From contig DGRT01000037.1 in NCBI GenBank assembly GCA_002391105.1, positions 394-64,393 of the forward strand: 64,000 bases of DNA. Direction: 5' to 3'. This document shows, piece by piece, positions 1 to 10,164 of the stretch. The translations under genes and the position numbers were made by a program. The stretch's first letter is position 1. Each line of letters begins with the position of its first letter. Below the pieces are notes generated by a model. The model had not been told where the DNA came from. It worked only from the letters and a program-made list of their open reading frames with translations, and searched no databases. This stretch comes from Lachnospiraceae bacterium UBA4381. Lineage in GTDB: Bacteria; Bacillota; Clostridia; Lachnospirales; Lachnospiraceae.

Positions 1-20
1 TACAAATCAGCACATTTTAA

Positions 21-1865
21 CTACTCTTCGAATAAAGCTTCAAATTCTGCACCTGTAATCTTCTCCTTCTCTAACAGAAGATTTGCAGTCTTGTGCAGAA
101 TATCTATATTTTCCTTCAGGATGCGCTCTGCCTCGGCATAACAATAATCTATTATCTTCTTCACCTCGGCATCTATCTGTGCTCCAACCTGCTCACTGTA
201 AGGCTTCTGATGACCTATCTCTCTTCCGATAAATACTTCCTCGCCTTCGCCTGACTCATAATTGATAAACCCAAGTTCACTTGAGAATCCATACTTGAGC
301 ACCATGCTTCTTGCAACTTTTGAAGCCTGCTTTATATCAGCGGAAGCACCTGTCGTAACATCATCAAATATAAGTGACTCGGCTATACGTCCGCCCATGG
401 AAACCTGAATATTCTGGAGCATACGGTTTCTGGTCCAGAACATATCATCATTGTCCGGAAGCGGCATGGTATATCCACCGGCACCTGAACCATTTGGAAT
501 GATTGAAATGGTATATACATCCTCCATTTCATTTAGAAAATGGAACAGTATGGCATGACCTGATTCGTGGTAAGCTGTGATCTTCTTCTCTTTTTCGGAA
601 ACGATACGTGATCTTTTCTCAGTTCCGATACCAAGCTTTACAAATGCGTCATCCACGTGCTTCTTGGTTATATATGCGCTATTCTCCTTTGCAGCTTTGA
701 TAGCAGCTTCATTTAGAAGATTCTCCAGATCAGCACCGGAGAAACCGGCCGTAGTTCTTGCAACCTCATGGAGGTTGACATCGTCACCAACCGGCTTGTT
801 CTTGATATGAACCTTAAGGATCTCCTCACGGCCTTTAACGTCAGGTCGTCCAACCATTACCCGTCTATCAAATCGTCCCGGACGAAGGATAGCCGGATCA
901 AGGATATCAGAACGGTTTGTTGCCGCCATAACTATGATACCCTCATTTTCTTCAAATCCATCCATTTCAACCAGAAGCTGGTTAAGTGTCTGCTCTCTCT
1001 CGTCATGACCACCGCCAAGACCGGAGCCTCTGCGTCTCGCTACCGCATCTATCTCATCTATAAATACTATACATGGACTGTTTTTCTTTGCGTCCTCAAA
1101 AAGGTCTCTTACTCTCGATGCACCGACACCAACGAACATCTCTACAAAGTCCGAACCGGATATGGAGAAAAATGGTACTCCCGCCTCTCCGGATACAGCC
1201 TTGGCAAGAAGAGTTTTACCGGTTCCCGGAGGTCCCTCCAGTATGATACCCTTAGGAATACGGGCGCCAATCGAGGTATATTTTCCGGGATCCTTCAAGA
1301 AGTCAACTACCTCTTCAAGTTCCTCTTTTTCCTCAGCAAGACCTGCCACATCTCCAAAGGTTATGCCTGTTTCCATATCCTTCTTGGCTCTGCTCTTGCC
1401 AAAGTTTGCAAGCCCGGAATTTCCGCCCATTCCACCGCTTGCCACATTCATTGCTCCCATCTGAGCCGTTACGATCATAAATATAATGACCGCAGCAACC
1501 GCCATGATAATATATGGAGCAAGTCTCATCAGTACACCGGGTCTGGTTACATCGTGAAGTTTGAATTCCACATCACTACCATCCAGTATTTTCATGGTGT
1601 CATTAACATTGGGTGTATAGTAAACTATGGTTCCATCTGTAAGCTTTACCTCTACCTGACCTGTAGGAACCTCACTGTTCTGATAGACATCCACCGCTTC
1701 TACAAGTCCCTCCCTGATATCCTTTTGCAGCTTTGCATCTGTATAATTGTTATTCGTGTCCACGGGCTTTCTAAGCAGTACCCAGGCACCAAACATTATG
1801 ATCAGGCATGCAATCAGGTAAATGAATACCAAATTACTAAAATCACGTCTTTTTTTTGTTTCCAA
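21..1865 (-). CDS. ftsH: ATP-dependent zinc metalloprotease FtsH
   Basis: Two N-terminal TM segments, Walker A GPPGTGKT, Walker [19 protein letters not shown], zinc motif HESGH. Confidence 0.97.
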   Translation of the reverse strand: METKKRRDFSNLVFIYLIACLIIMFGAWVLLRKPVDTNNNYTDAKLQKDIREGLVEAVDVYQNSEVPTGQVEVKLTDGTIVYYTPNVNDTMKILDGSDVEFKLHDVTRPGVLMRLAPYIIMAVAAVIIFMIVTAQMGAMNVASGGMGGNSGLANFGKSRAKKDMETGITFGDVAGLAEEKEELEEVVDFLKDPGKYTSIGARIPKGIILEGPPGTGKTLLAKAVSGEAGVPFFSISGSDFVEMFVGVGASRVRDLFEDAKKNSPCIVFIDEIDAVARRRGSGLGGGHDEREQTLNQLLVEMDGFEENEGIIVMAATNRSDILDPAILRPGRFDRRVMVGRPDVKGREEILKVHIKNKPVGDDVNLHEVARTTAGFSGADLENLLNEAAIKAAKENSAYITKKHVDDAFVKLGIGTEKRSRIVSEKEKKITAYHESGHAILFHFLNEMEDVYTISIIPNGSGAGGYTMPLPDNDDMFWTRNRMLQNIQVSMGGRIAESLIFDDVTTGASADIKQASKVARSMVLKYGFSSELGFINYESGEGEEVFIGREIGHQKPYSEQVGAQIDAEVKKIIDYCYAEAERILKENIDILHKTANLLLEKEKITGAEFEALFEE

Positions 1866-1889
1866 ATGTTTATCCTTCCTTTATTAAGA

Positions 1890-3515
1890 TTACAACCTAT
1901 CTGCTTTATAGGTGATACTCATTATCCGCTTTGTGGCATCTGTTATCTTGTAGCGCTCACTGAGTCTGAGGCCAACCACCCATACGATCTCATTTCCATC
2001 AGCTACAACTATCATATCGGGGCGTCTGTCCCTCTCCACCTTATTATCCGTAAAGAATCTGGAGAGCTTCTTCCGTCCGCCATCACTTCTGGTCACTATA
2101 TAATCCCCATCCTCCGGATGCCTAAATGACAGTGTACCACATATTTTATCACAATCAATCATTTTCGTATATTCATCCCGGGATATCTCATTTATCTCCT
2201 CCCTGGATAATATATTTATGGAAAATGCACTCTGAAGACTTTCCGCCTGTCCTTCCTGAGTGCTCCGGGCTTCAGTATATACCTTTATTTTGTTATAAAC
2301 CTTTTCAGCTACCATGCCATAAGGAAGACTGATTCTCTTGCCGGTTTCCATATCAGCAAGCTCGATAACCGACCTGATATGATTCCGGGTTATATCCTTC
2401 CTTCTTCCACAGACCATTTCAAGAAAGCGGAGAACTATCTCGCCCTTTTCCAGATTATTTCTATTACTATTTGAATTAATCAGGGAAATGTCTATGGAAA
2501 CACTATCCACTAAATGTTTATGTCCGGGACAAACCCGTTCGTCAGTCTTACTATCCTCTGTCAGATCATTTCCTGAATAGTCCTTATCTATCTGATACAT
2601 TTTCCTGATAGCATCATTTGTCCGGCTATACTCATTTTTTTCAAACAAAGTAATGTCTCTTACCTGTTGCTCTGTATATATTCTCAGTTCTTCAGCATCC
2701 CTGGCAATATCCACTATATGCTGAACAGCGCCTTCATTTATTCTTACAAGCTCCGGTATAACTATGTGTCTAAGCTTGTTTCTCGTATAATCAGTCTGGA
2801 GATTGGTCGAATCAGTAACATAGTCCTGACCAAGCTCTCTTAGAAATTCTTCTATTCGGGCTCTTGATTCCATCAGAAGCGGTCTGATGATCCGGTCTCT
2901 GACAGGTCTGATTCCTGCAAGTCCAAGAAGTGAACTACCGCGTATCATATTATATATTACTGTTTCCGCCAGATCGTCCCTGTTGTGAGCTACCGCTATA
3001 ACCGTCCTTCCTGCAGTCTCTGTTCTTCCTACTGTCTCCTGTCTTCCTGATAACTTCTTCATATCTGATATTTTTTCATCTGAATGCTTTTTGTCCAGTT
3101 GCTTCTCACCTGATAGTTCTACGTCCGAATATATCCTATCAGTCAGTTCTTCACCCAGATTCTCCGCCTCCCTGTTAAAGCAATCATATCGGAACCGCCT
3201 GCCGGCTTCCTCTTCTGTGAGATGCAACCTTTCGGCCATTTCAGGAATATTTGCCGTATAGACCTTACACTCAACTCCCAGACTACGGGAAAGCTCCTCA
3301 ACAAACTGCTGGTCTCTCTTCGCCTCTTCTCCGCGTATTCCATGATTAACATGAACAACTCTTACATCAGAGGGGTTCTTCAGCATAAGTATCACTCTTA
3401 AAAGAGCAACTGAATCAGCTCCTCCTGACACGCCTATTACCACTTTATCTTCAGGGCGGAGCATATCATACTCTTCAATATACGATTTTACTGATTCCAG
3501 AAAATCTGCTTTCAT
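1890..3515 (-). CDS. tilS: tRNA(Ile)-lysidine synthetase
   Basis: PP-loop SGGADS, HVNHGIR, AHNRDDLAET, RNKLRH; upstream of ftsH; carries insertions. Confidence 0.95.
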   Translation of the reverse strand: MKADFLESVKSYIEEYDMLRPEDKVVIGVSGGADSVALLRVILMLKNPSDVRVVHVNHGIRGEEAKRDQQFVEELSRSLGVECKVYTANIPEMAERLHLTEEEAGRRFRYDCFNREAENLGEELTDRIYSDVELSGEKQLDKKHSDEKISDMKKLSGRQETVGRTETAGRTVIAVAHNRDDLAETVIYNMIRGSSLLGLAGIRPVRDRIIRPLLMESRARIEEFLRELGQDYVTDSTNLQTDYTRNKLRHIVIPELVRINEGAVQHIVDIARDAEELRIYTEQQVRDITLFEKNEYSRTNDAIRKMYQIDKDYSGNDLTEDSKTDERVCPGHKHLVDSVSIDISLINSNSNRNNLEKGEIVLRFLEMVCGRRKDITRNHIRSVIELADMETGKRISLPYGMVAEKVYNKIKVYTEARSTQEGQAESLQSAFSINILSREEINEISRDEYTKMIDCDKICGTLSFRHPEDGDYIVTRSDGGRKKLSRFFTDNKVERDRRPDMIVVADGNEIVWVVGLRLSERYKITDATKRIMSITYKADRL

Positions 3516-3542
3516 GTTGTCTCCCAGTTTATTTTCAAAAAT

Positions 3543-3577
3543 AAATAGCAGCCGACAGACCCCTCCGTCAACTGCTA
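3543..3577 (-). terminator. Probable intrinsic terminator after the septum formation initiator gene
   Basis: Imperfect hairpin tagcag..gac / gtc..ctgcta followed by T-run on the minus strand. Confidence 0.5.
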
Positions 3578-3578
3578 C

Positions 3579-3893
3579 CTAATCATCTTTTTCTTTTGGC
3601 TTTATAAGTATCTCATCACTGTTAACCAGTCCCAGTTTATTCTTGGCCTCATCCTCGATATACTTTTTAGTCTTCATATATTTCTCACGTTCATCGAGCT
3701 GAGCTGATTTATTGTTTGCCTCTTCCAACTGTGTTTCCAGTTGCGTCTGAACAATAGCAAGTTCCTTATCCCTCTGATGCAATCTTGCAGTACGATATCC
3801 ACATACAAGGATTACAATAAGTGCAACCATAAATGCGAAGGCAAGACCAACACGAGACTGTCTATTCGATTTTCTAACATTCCTTCTTGCCAT
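3579..3893 (-). CDS. Septum formation initiator (DivIC/FtsB family)
   Basis: Basic N-terminus, one TM helix, coiled coil, YIEDEAKNKLGLV motif; position before tilS. Confidence 0.85.
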   Translation of the reverse strand: MARRNVRKSNRQSRVGLAFAFMVALIVILVCGYRTARLHQRDKELAIVQTQLETQLEEANNKSAQLDEREKYMKTKKYIEDEAKNKLGLVNSDEILIKPKEKDD

Positions 3894-3971
3894 GTCAGCT
3901 TCTTCTCCCCTGATAATAACGAAAATACTTATTTAGTATAAAATATGTTTACATAATATGCAAGTAAAATC

Positions 3972-4211
3972 TCATATCAATTCATACATTTCAGCCGCTT
4001 CATCCTTTTTCACAGTCTCTGCGACCTTAAGAACTCTGACTCTTACAGTTTTATTACCAAAAACTATCTCCAGCTCATCCCCGACCTTTACGTCATAGGA
4101 TGCTCTTGCCGGCTTTCCACCAACCAGAACTCTGCCTGCATCACAAGCCTCATTTGCTACAGTTCTTCTCTTTATAAGTCTTGATACCTTTAAATATTTA
4201 TCTAATCTCAT
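3972..4211 (-). CDS. S4-domain RNA-binding protein (YabO/RqcP, Hsp15 family)
   Basis: MRLDKYLKVSRLIKRRTVANEAC; start moved to ATG at 4211 behind a GGAG SD. Confidence 0.92.
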   Translation of the reverse strand: MRLDKYLKVSRLIKRRTVANEACDAGRVLVGGKPARASYDVKVGDELEIVFGNKTVRVRVLKVAETVKKDEAAEMYELI

Positions 4212-4233
4212 TTTTCTCTCTCCTACTACAAAA

Positions 4234-4294
4234 TGTGACAAAGTGCCTGTCCCCCTGTCACATTTTGTGACATGGTGCCTGTCCCCTTGTCACA
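4234..4294. repeat. REP-like palindromic doublet, locus 1
   Basis: Two tandem ~27-bp units GTGACA-x-(G/A)GTGCCTGTCCCC-x-TGTCAC; same doublet at 49495-49556. Confidence 0.8.
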
Positions 4295-4295
4295 T

Positions 4296-4332
4296 AAAAT
4301 GAAACCTGCCGCGACATATGACGCGGCAGGTA
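4296..4332 (-). terminator. Intrinsic terminator of hup
   Basis: acctgccgcg / cgcggcaggt stem, then T-rich tail on the minus strand. Confidence 0.75.
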
Positions 4333-4357
4333 ACTATATCATATCTGAATATTCAAA

Positions 4358-4630
4358 TTAGTTAAGAGCATCCTTGAATGCCTTACCAGCCTTGAACTTA
4401 GGAGCCTTAGAAGCCTTGATCTTAAGTGTCTCGCCTGTTCTTGGGTTGTGACCTGTTCTAGCTGCTGTCTCCTTAACTTCAAATGTACCGAAGCCTACAA
4501 GCTGTACCTTATCACCAGCCTTAAGTGCTCCCTCTACAGCATCGATAAATGCCTTAAGTGCCTTCTCTGAATCAGCCTTTGTAAGACCTGCGTTCTCAGC
4601 GATTGCTGCAACAAGTTCTGTTTTGTTCAT
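4358..4630 (-). CDS. hup: DNA-binding protein HU
   Basis: [12 protein letters not shown]...GFGTF...[10 protein letters not shown], 90 aa. Confidence 0.96.
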   Translation of the reverse strand: MNKTELVAAIAENAGLTKADSEKALKAFIDAVEGALKAGDKVQLVGFGTFEVKETAARTGHNPRTGETLKIKASKAPKFKAGKAFKDALN

Positions 4631-4806
4631 CGTTAGAATTCCTCCTAAATAATACTTAATATATAGTCACTCCAGTTCCCTTCATCCGAACTAAAATGCT
4701 CTATCTAATTATACGTTTTATCCCCTAAAAGTCAAGTGGAAACATAAGGAAATGCTTATTTTCCCTTTATTTTTCTATGTTTTTCCAAATAATATCATTA
4801 TTTATA

Positions 4807-5691
4807 TCAAACTGTTATTTCAATAGCATATTCAGCTTCGAATACCTCACCCACATCAAGAGCGTTATCATATTCTCTATCTTCTATGCTTCCTGAAAAA
4901 TCCTCCCTGTCTGCTCTGCCATACCAAGGTTCAATACATACAAATGGTGCACCCTTTCCGGCAGGCGACCAGAGACCAAACAGAGGTGCATCAAAGTTTA
5001 CTGTTACATAAGGCATTCCACTCGGTTCACAGAGGCTTACCTTGCTTGCCTGATGCTTCTCCACTATTAGAGCATCCTTATCGAACATATGCTCATCTAT
5101 AGCAACCATACCTCCATCATTTTTCAGTACATGTCCCTCTGTCTCCAGAAGCCCATTGCCACTGAGCAGTCCATAGGTTATATCCTTATCTGTGTCAAAG
5201 CACAGCTTGTATTCACTCTGTTTGCCCTTTTCTCCCAGCGGACACATAAAAGCAGGATGCCCGCCTATCTGAAAATGAATCTTCTTGTCATCAAGATTTA
5301 TCACTCTCCACTTAGTCTTAAGCTTATACTTATCAAGTGTATATTCTATTTCAAGAGCAAACTTAAATGGATATCTCTTAAGTGTATCCTCATTATAGTC
5401 CAATCTAAACAGTGCCCTCTTGCCATCTGACTGTTTTACAAGCTTAAAATCCATATCTCTCGCAAAGCCATGCTGTCCCATAGGATAGTCTGTTCCATCT
5501 ACTACAAACTTGGAATCCTTCAGGCTTCCTACTATAGGGAAAAGCACCGGAGCACTCCTCTTCCAGTATCTTTCATCAGCATTCCACAGATACTGCTTTC
5601 CATTTTCCTTTGAAAGTATGCTGGCAAGCTCAGCTCCCTGCTGGTTAATAGTAACCTTAACATTCATATTTTCCAGATAAAATTTTTGCAT
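4807..5691 (-). CDS. Aldose 1-epimerase family protein (LacX-like)
   Basis: GAELAS, WKRSAPVLFPIVG, HGFARD, GGHPAF, FVCIEPW motifs. Confidence 0.88.
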   Translation of the reverse strand: MQKFYLENMNVKVTINQQGAELASILSKENGKQYLWNADERYWKRSAPVLFPIVGSLKDSKFVVDGTDYPMGQHGFARDMDFKLVKQSDGKRALFRLDYNEDTLKRYPFKFALEIEYTLDKYKLKTKWRVINLDDKKIHFQIGGHPAFMCPLGEKGKQSEYKLCFDTDKDITYGLLSGNGLLETEGHVLKNDGGMVAIDEHMFDKDALIVEKHQASKVSLCEPSGMPYVTVNFDAPLFGLWSPAGKGAPFVCIEPWYGRADREDFSGSIEDREYDNALDVGEVFEAEYAIEITV

Positions 5692-5775
5692 ATCCTACTC
5701 ATTCCTTCCTATCTTAAGATGTCTAAGATGCTATAATGCTATAATACTATACCTCAATTATATTTATTCTCCCTG

Positions 5776-5931
5776 CTTCATCACTTCTGTATCTCCTCCA
5801 AGGACTTCATCACTTCTGTATCTCCTCCAAGGACTTCATCACTTCTGTATCTCCTCCAGGAACCTCACCATTTCTATATCTTCCCAAAGAACCTCTTTAC
5901 TTCTGTATCTCCTCTAAGAACCTCTTCACTT
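5776..5931. repeat. 29-bp tandem repeat, about 5 copies
   Basis: Unit cttcatcacttctgtatctcctccaagga; the last diverged unit is the 3' end of the esterase gene. Confidence 0.85.
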
Positions 5932-6823
5932 CAAACCACGCTGCTTTTGATTCTTCCATCAGGGTTCCACTCATCTGAAATACATGGAACATCCCATTAT
6001 ATTTGGTAAATCTCACCTTTACCCCCGCTGCCCTCGCCTTTGCAGCAACCGACTCAGAATCACTCAGAAGCATCTCATCCGTACCAACCTGTATGAGCAT
6101 AGGCGGAAATCCGGTAAAGTCTCCAAACAGTGGTGAGATACGAGGATCTCTGGGATTTGCATCCCCTATATAAGGATTGTTAAATATCAGCTCGCTCCTG
6201 TCATTTCCAAATACAGGATCTATATCGTAATTCTCCTTATAAGACCTTCCGCTGGCTGTCACATCTGTCCAGGGAGACATAGCAACAAGTCCCGCAGGAA
6301 GCTTCTGCCATCTGGACTTAAGTGTATGGCACATTCCCATAGCAAGCCCGCCACCGGCTGAATCGCCTGCCACAATTATCTGTTCATTTGTGTAGCCCTG
6401 ATCAAGTATCCACTCATAAGCTCTGAGAGCATCCTCAATGGCTGCCGGAAACTTATGCTCCGGTGCAACCCTGTAATCTACCGTCAGAACCGTTGCACCG
6501 CCACCCACTTCAGAATATAGCCCCGCCATATTCTTATAATGTCTTCTCATGGCACCTACATAACCGCCACCATGCAAATGAAGTATGATCCAGGGACTGG
6601 TAGAATCCTTCCAGGTCAGCCGCTCCATCTCGAAGCTGTCAGATTCGTTATCTCCAAGAGTTATCCTCTCTGCCTCCAGATGGTCAGGATAATTGTACTC
6701 TATATCCATTTCGCTCCTGCCAAAGGAATTAGTGCTGTATCTCTCAGTCAGTTTTTTATTGCTGTTGAACTCTGCAACAAGCATCTTCACTATTCTACTT
6801 TTCCTGCTTAGCTCGTTATCCAT
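5897..6823 (-). CDS. Alpha/beta hydrolase, HSL-family esterase
   Basis: HGGG oxyanion motif, DYRVAPEH, GDSAGG nucleophile, GMFHVF. Confidence 0.9.
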   Translation of the reverse strand: MDNELSRKSRIVKMLVAEFNSNKKLTERYSTNSFGRSEMDIEYNYPDHLEAERITLGDNESDSFEMERLTWKDSTSPWIILHLHGGGYVGAMRRHYKNMAGLYSEVGGGATVLTVDYRVAPEHKFPAAIEDALRAYEWILDQGYTNEQIIVAGDSAGGGLAMGMCHTLKSRWQKLPAGLVAMSPWTDVTASGRSYKENYDIDPVFGNDRSELIFNNPYIGDANPRDPRISPLFGDFTGFPPMLIQVGTDEMLLSDSESVAAKARAAGVKVRFTKYNGMFHVFQMSGTLMEESKAAWFEVKRFLEEIQK

Positions 6824-6917
6824 AGACCCCTTTCCTAAGTAACCCTTATTTTATTATAATCATGCCTTCCATTTGATTAGTACATCATTATGTAAGAAAT
6901 CATCTCTGATTACAAAA

Positions 6918-7057
6918 GCTTCTCTGCATCCTGACACAGAAGCCTCTCTGCATCCTGACACAGAAGCCTCTCTGCCATCCTGAAACAGAAACTTCTCAGC
7001 TTCTCTGATATAGAATCCTCTCAGCAATCTGATACAGCAGCTTCTCTGCATCCTGAT
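6918..7057. repeat. ~24-bp degenerate tandem repeat
   Basis: agc(t/c)tctctgcatcctgacacaga repeated about 5-6 times with decay. Confidence 0.75.
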
Positions 7058-7078
7058 ATTAAAATCCCCTTTATCTGG

Positions 7079-7780
7079 TCAGATATGAAACCTTCTTTTT
7101 ATCTCATTTGATATCATATTCTGCCCAAGAAGTATAGTTCCCAGCAGAACCAGACCTGTAACCAGAAATGCTATAAGTGCAAAAAATGAAGTATGCACCA
7201 GTTTGGTCATGTGGAGGATTATAAGTATTGCCGAAAGCACAAATACTGTAATCTCCGTCATGATGTAGGTCTGCCAGTCATCGATACCAACTATCATAAG
7301 AACCACCATTCCCACATCAACAGCCATAAGTGCTATAGGAATCGCGTATCCAAAGGACCAGCCCTTATAATCCAACAGCACATCCAGTATTATAACAAGC
7401 GCTATAGCCAGCAGCAACTGGACCTGTATAATGCGCTGCATGCTTTTTCTCTTTCTCACAGAATACAGAAGCGTAATAATGCCATACAGAAGTCCCGCTC
7501 CTACTATCAGTGACCAATATACTCCATTGAAGGTCAGATAGTTTACCAGCAGGACTATTACCTCCGCTACGATAGCAGCAAATATTACTCCTCTTATTAT
7601 ATATTGCATCAATCTGGTGGATATAGTCACATCCGGATATGTAAGTGATCTGGACATCTGATCCACGCCGGAGGTTTCTTCCTCCTCATCCCCGATTGTT
7701 TCAAGAACCCCATTGCACAAGGGACACTTGACAGCATCATCTACTATATTAATATTACATCTCACGCAACGTCTTGCCAT
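7079..7780 (-). CDS. Membrane protein with N-terminal zinc ribbon (DUF6320-like)
   Basis: CVRC...CPLC, about 6 TM helices, C-terminal EIKRRFHI. Confidence 0.75.
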   Translation of the reverse strand: MARRCVRCNINIVDDAVKCPLCNGVLETIGDEEEETSGVDQMSRSLTYPDVTISTRLMQYIIRGVIFAAIVAEVIVLLVNYLTFNGVYWSLIVGAGLLYGIITLLYSVRKRKSMQRIIQVQLLLAIALVIILDVLLDYKGWSFGYAIPIALMAVDVGMVVLMIVGIDDWQTYIMTEITVFVLSAILIILHMTKLVHTSFFALIAFLVTGLVLLGTILLGQNMISNEIKRRFHI

Positions 7781-7789
7781 CTGTTTCTT

Positions 7790-7860
7790 CTTTCCTGATA
7801 TTTCCTGATTTTCCTGATTTTTCAGATTTTTCCTGTTTTACCTGATATTCCCCTGATATA
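7790..7860. repeat. ~10-bp degenerate tandem repeat
   Basis: (tttcctgat)n-like units in the intergenic spacer. Confidence 0.6.
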
Positions 7861-7906
7861 TTACGATGTTGGTGTCATAATCAGCCTTTGACACTTGAAC
7901 CGGCAT

Positions 7907-9190
7907 TTAATAATCAACCCCATTTGTTTCCACCGTCACTGCTATTCCATCCTCAGTCAGCTTACGGAAAAATGCTTTCTGGATGCCTGTTTCCTGAATA
8001 CAGGAGCTGAATGTAAGGCACAGCTCATCCTTATAGGATATAACCGTAATCTTCATATTCTGCCCCTTGGACATAGCCAGTATCGCCTGAAATCTTTCTA
8101 TATAATCAGAATAAGGCTCCGAGGTTTTCAGTATTCCAAGATTGGTAACTGTAGTTGTATTGGCCTTTGCAGAGGCATTATACACCTGTCTTATGGCAAT
8201 CTTCTTCAGGAAAAGAGGAACCGCCCTGAGTATATAGTTCATTTCATTGGATACATTATATGAGAACAGCTTCTTCAGATTGTCCTTTGTGATCTGCTCC
8301 TCCAGACTCTTCTTCACTATTTCCAGCACCTGTTCAAAGGTATAGGATTCCTCCTGAGGCTTAAATACCGAGGATACCACAACAAAGAAATTCTTGTTGG
8401 TATCTGATTCAAAGTAGGGGCGCAGATTTACCGGAACAGCTATTGTTACCGGTTTATCAGAGGTTCCGCCCTTCAGATAATACTTATAGATAGCCCACGT
8501 ATAAGCCGCTACGATGTACTGATTGATCGTTACTCCATAGCTTTTGGATACCTTCTTAATATCACTTATGGGCATCATTCCATGTATAACTGAGAGCTGG
8601 CTTCCGGGAAACTTCTGTCCCTTGATTATAACCGACCTCTGTGTCTGATAAGTCTTCTTCTCTTTATGTCTGTAATTACTGAGGTAGCTGTCTTCATTAT
8701 CCAGTGACGTCTCTGCAGCAAGGTGATCCTTTACCTTTCCGGTAAGCTCGGTATGCTTCAGCCTTATATACTGATACGTTATCTCCTTCAGAAAGTTCAA
8801 TGCACCATTTCCATCTGTGAGCGCATGAAAGACCTCCAGATTGATCCTTTTCTTATAATAAGTCACTCTGAACAGATAACGATTATTCTCATATGGATTG
8901 ATATAGAGACAAGGAAACCTGTTCTCCTCCCTTACTCTGGGAACAGGCCGCTTATTCTCTTCAAAATAATGCCAGAAGATTCCGTTTCTCATAGTACATC
9001 TGAATACATCAAAATGCGGAAGCACCTTCTCCAGAGCTATCTGCAGGGCAGCCGGATCTATCTCTTCCTTGAGGACAACCGCAACCCTGTAAACATTACT
9101 CATTCCCTCTCTGGCTATAACGGGAAAAAGCTGGGCAGTATTGTCCAGCTTATCCCACTTTATGTTATTATTTCTTTTGCCCGGCTTCAA
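7907..9190 (-). CDS. CoA-dependent acyltransferase (alcohol acetyltransferase / condensation-domain-like)
   Basis: WDKLDNTAQLF start, HALTDG (HxxxDG) motif, VPVNLR; likely TTG start at 9190, since the longer ORF overlaps the TPR gene. Confidence 0.75.
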   Translation of the reverse strand: MKPGKRNNNIKWDKLDNTAQLFPVIAREGMSNVYRVAVVLKEEIDPAALQIALEKVLPHFDVFRCTMRNGIFWHYFEENKRPVPRVREENRFPCLYINPYENNRYLFRVTYYKKRINLEVFHALTDGNGALNFLKEITYQYIRLKHTELTGKVKDHLAAETSLDNEDSYLSNYRHKEKKTYQTQRSVIIKGQKFPGSQLSVIHGMMPISDIKKVSKSYGVTINQYIVAAYTWAIYKYYLKGGTSDKPVTIAVPVNLRPYFESDTNKNFFVVVSSVFKPQEESYTFEQVLEIVKKSLEEQITKDNLKKLFSYNVSNEMNYILRAVPLFLKKIAIRQVYNASAKANTTTVTNLGILKTSEPYSDYIERFQAILAMSKGQNMKITVISYKDELCLTFSSCIQETGIQKAFFRKLTEDGIAVTVETNGVDY

Positions 9191-9194
9191 AGAA

Positions 9195-10151
9195 TCACCA
9201 CGTCTTTCCTGTAAAATCACTACCACTTCCACCAGAAGCTTCACTGCCGCCTTGTCCACCCTGCATATCCTGCTTCTGGTCAGCTTTATCCTGGGTTTCC
9301 TGCCTTTCTTCCATGGCATCCTGCTTCTGCTCGTCCAGCTTTTCTTCCAGTTCCTTCTCGCGCTTGGACTTCTTTTTCTCTTCAGATTCGCCGCCACCAC
9401 TGTTCTGCTGTTGTTCCTCAGAATCCTCCGGTGGCTGAGGCTCTGCATCCAGCTCCTCCAGCATCTTATCTATATCCTGCTTTAACTGCTCTGCCTCAGG
9501 ATCATGGCCATCAGTTCCATAAGGATCTGCGCATCCCTTTTCACACAGGATATTTCTTGCTGACTGAAGGGTTCTTACAGCATTTGCCTTCTGCTTCTCA
9601 GTATTAAGATTATCAAAATCTATCTTATGCAGCATAGCCAGAGCAAGATTCACCCTGATATCGCACTCTTTCTTCTCAGTTGGATGAGACTCCAGCGCTG
9701 CCTTGTAATTATCAATCGCCTTATCATAGTCCTCCAGCTTATAATATGCATTTCCGGCATTATAATAAGGAAGATACCCCTCAGGTATATTTACCAGTTG
9801 GAGGAATTCCTGAGAGCCCGGAGAATAATCACCATGATTATATTTGATAAGAAATACACCATTTATAATATATCTCACTCCAAGAAAGAGCGCAATTATA
9901 AGAAGCACCACACTGACTATATTGATGATCCGCATAAACCCGATAGGATCTTCAATCTTGAACATAGCCTCTCTGTCAGCCTTTTTTTCATCTCTGATCC
10001 TCTGTCTGTCTGCAGCTCTGTCAGCCTTTCTCTCAGCCTTCTTCTGCATACGCTGAGCCTTTTTTTCCTGCTTTTTTTCCTGCTTTGTCTCAGCTTTGCC
10101 GCCCTTATCAACTGCATTATTCAGTTTTTCATCTGAATTCTTATCTTTCAT
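9195..10151 (-). CDS. Membrane-anchored TPR protein (BatC-like)
   Basis: TM segment, YNAGNAYYKLEDYDKAIDNYKAAL TPR, Q/E-rich tail; follows VWA genes. Confidence 0.75.
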   Translation of the reverse strand: MKDKNSDEKLNNAVDKGGKAETKQEKKQEKKAQRMQKKAERKADRAADRQRIRDEKKADREAMFKIEDPIGFMRIINIVSVVLLIIALFLGVRYIINGVFLIKYNHGDYSPGSQEFLQLVNIPEGYLPYYNAGNAYYKLEDYDKAIDNYKAALESHPTEKKECDIRVNLALAMLHKIDFDNLNTEKQKANAVRTLQSARNILCEKGCADPYGTDGHDPEAEQLKQDIDKMLEELDAEPQPPEDSEEQQQNSGGGESEEKKKSKREKELEEKLDEQKQDAMEERQETQDKADQKQDMQGGQGGSEASGGSGSDFTGKTW

Positions 10152-10164
10152 TCAAAAACCTTTG

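Noticed and set aside
768-2129. 453-aa plus-strand ORF
   Set aside because: Antisense shadow of ftsH/tilS with no recognisable motifs; the same applies to the other antisense ORFs such as 59694-60512 and 40840-41433.
5776-5931. 29-bp repeats as a CRISPR array
   Set aside because: Units are contiguous with no spacers and no cas genes; same for 6918-7057 and 42258-42352.
6860-7051. 63-aa ORF with REASVSGC repeats
   Set aside because: Explained by the 24-bp tandem repeat; no convincing SD.
9191-9448. N-terminal extension of the 513-aa ORF
   Set aside because: Overlaps the TPR gene in another frame; family-like sequence starts near 9190.
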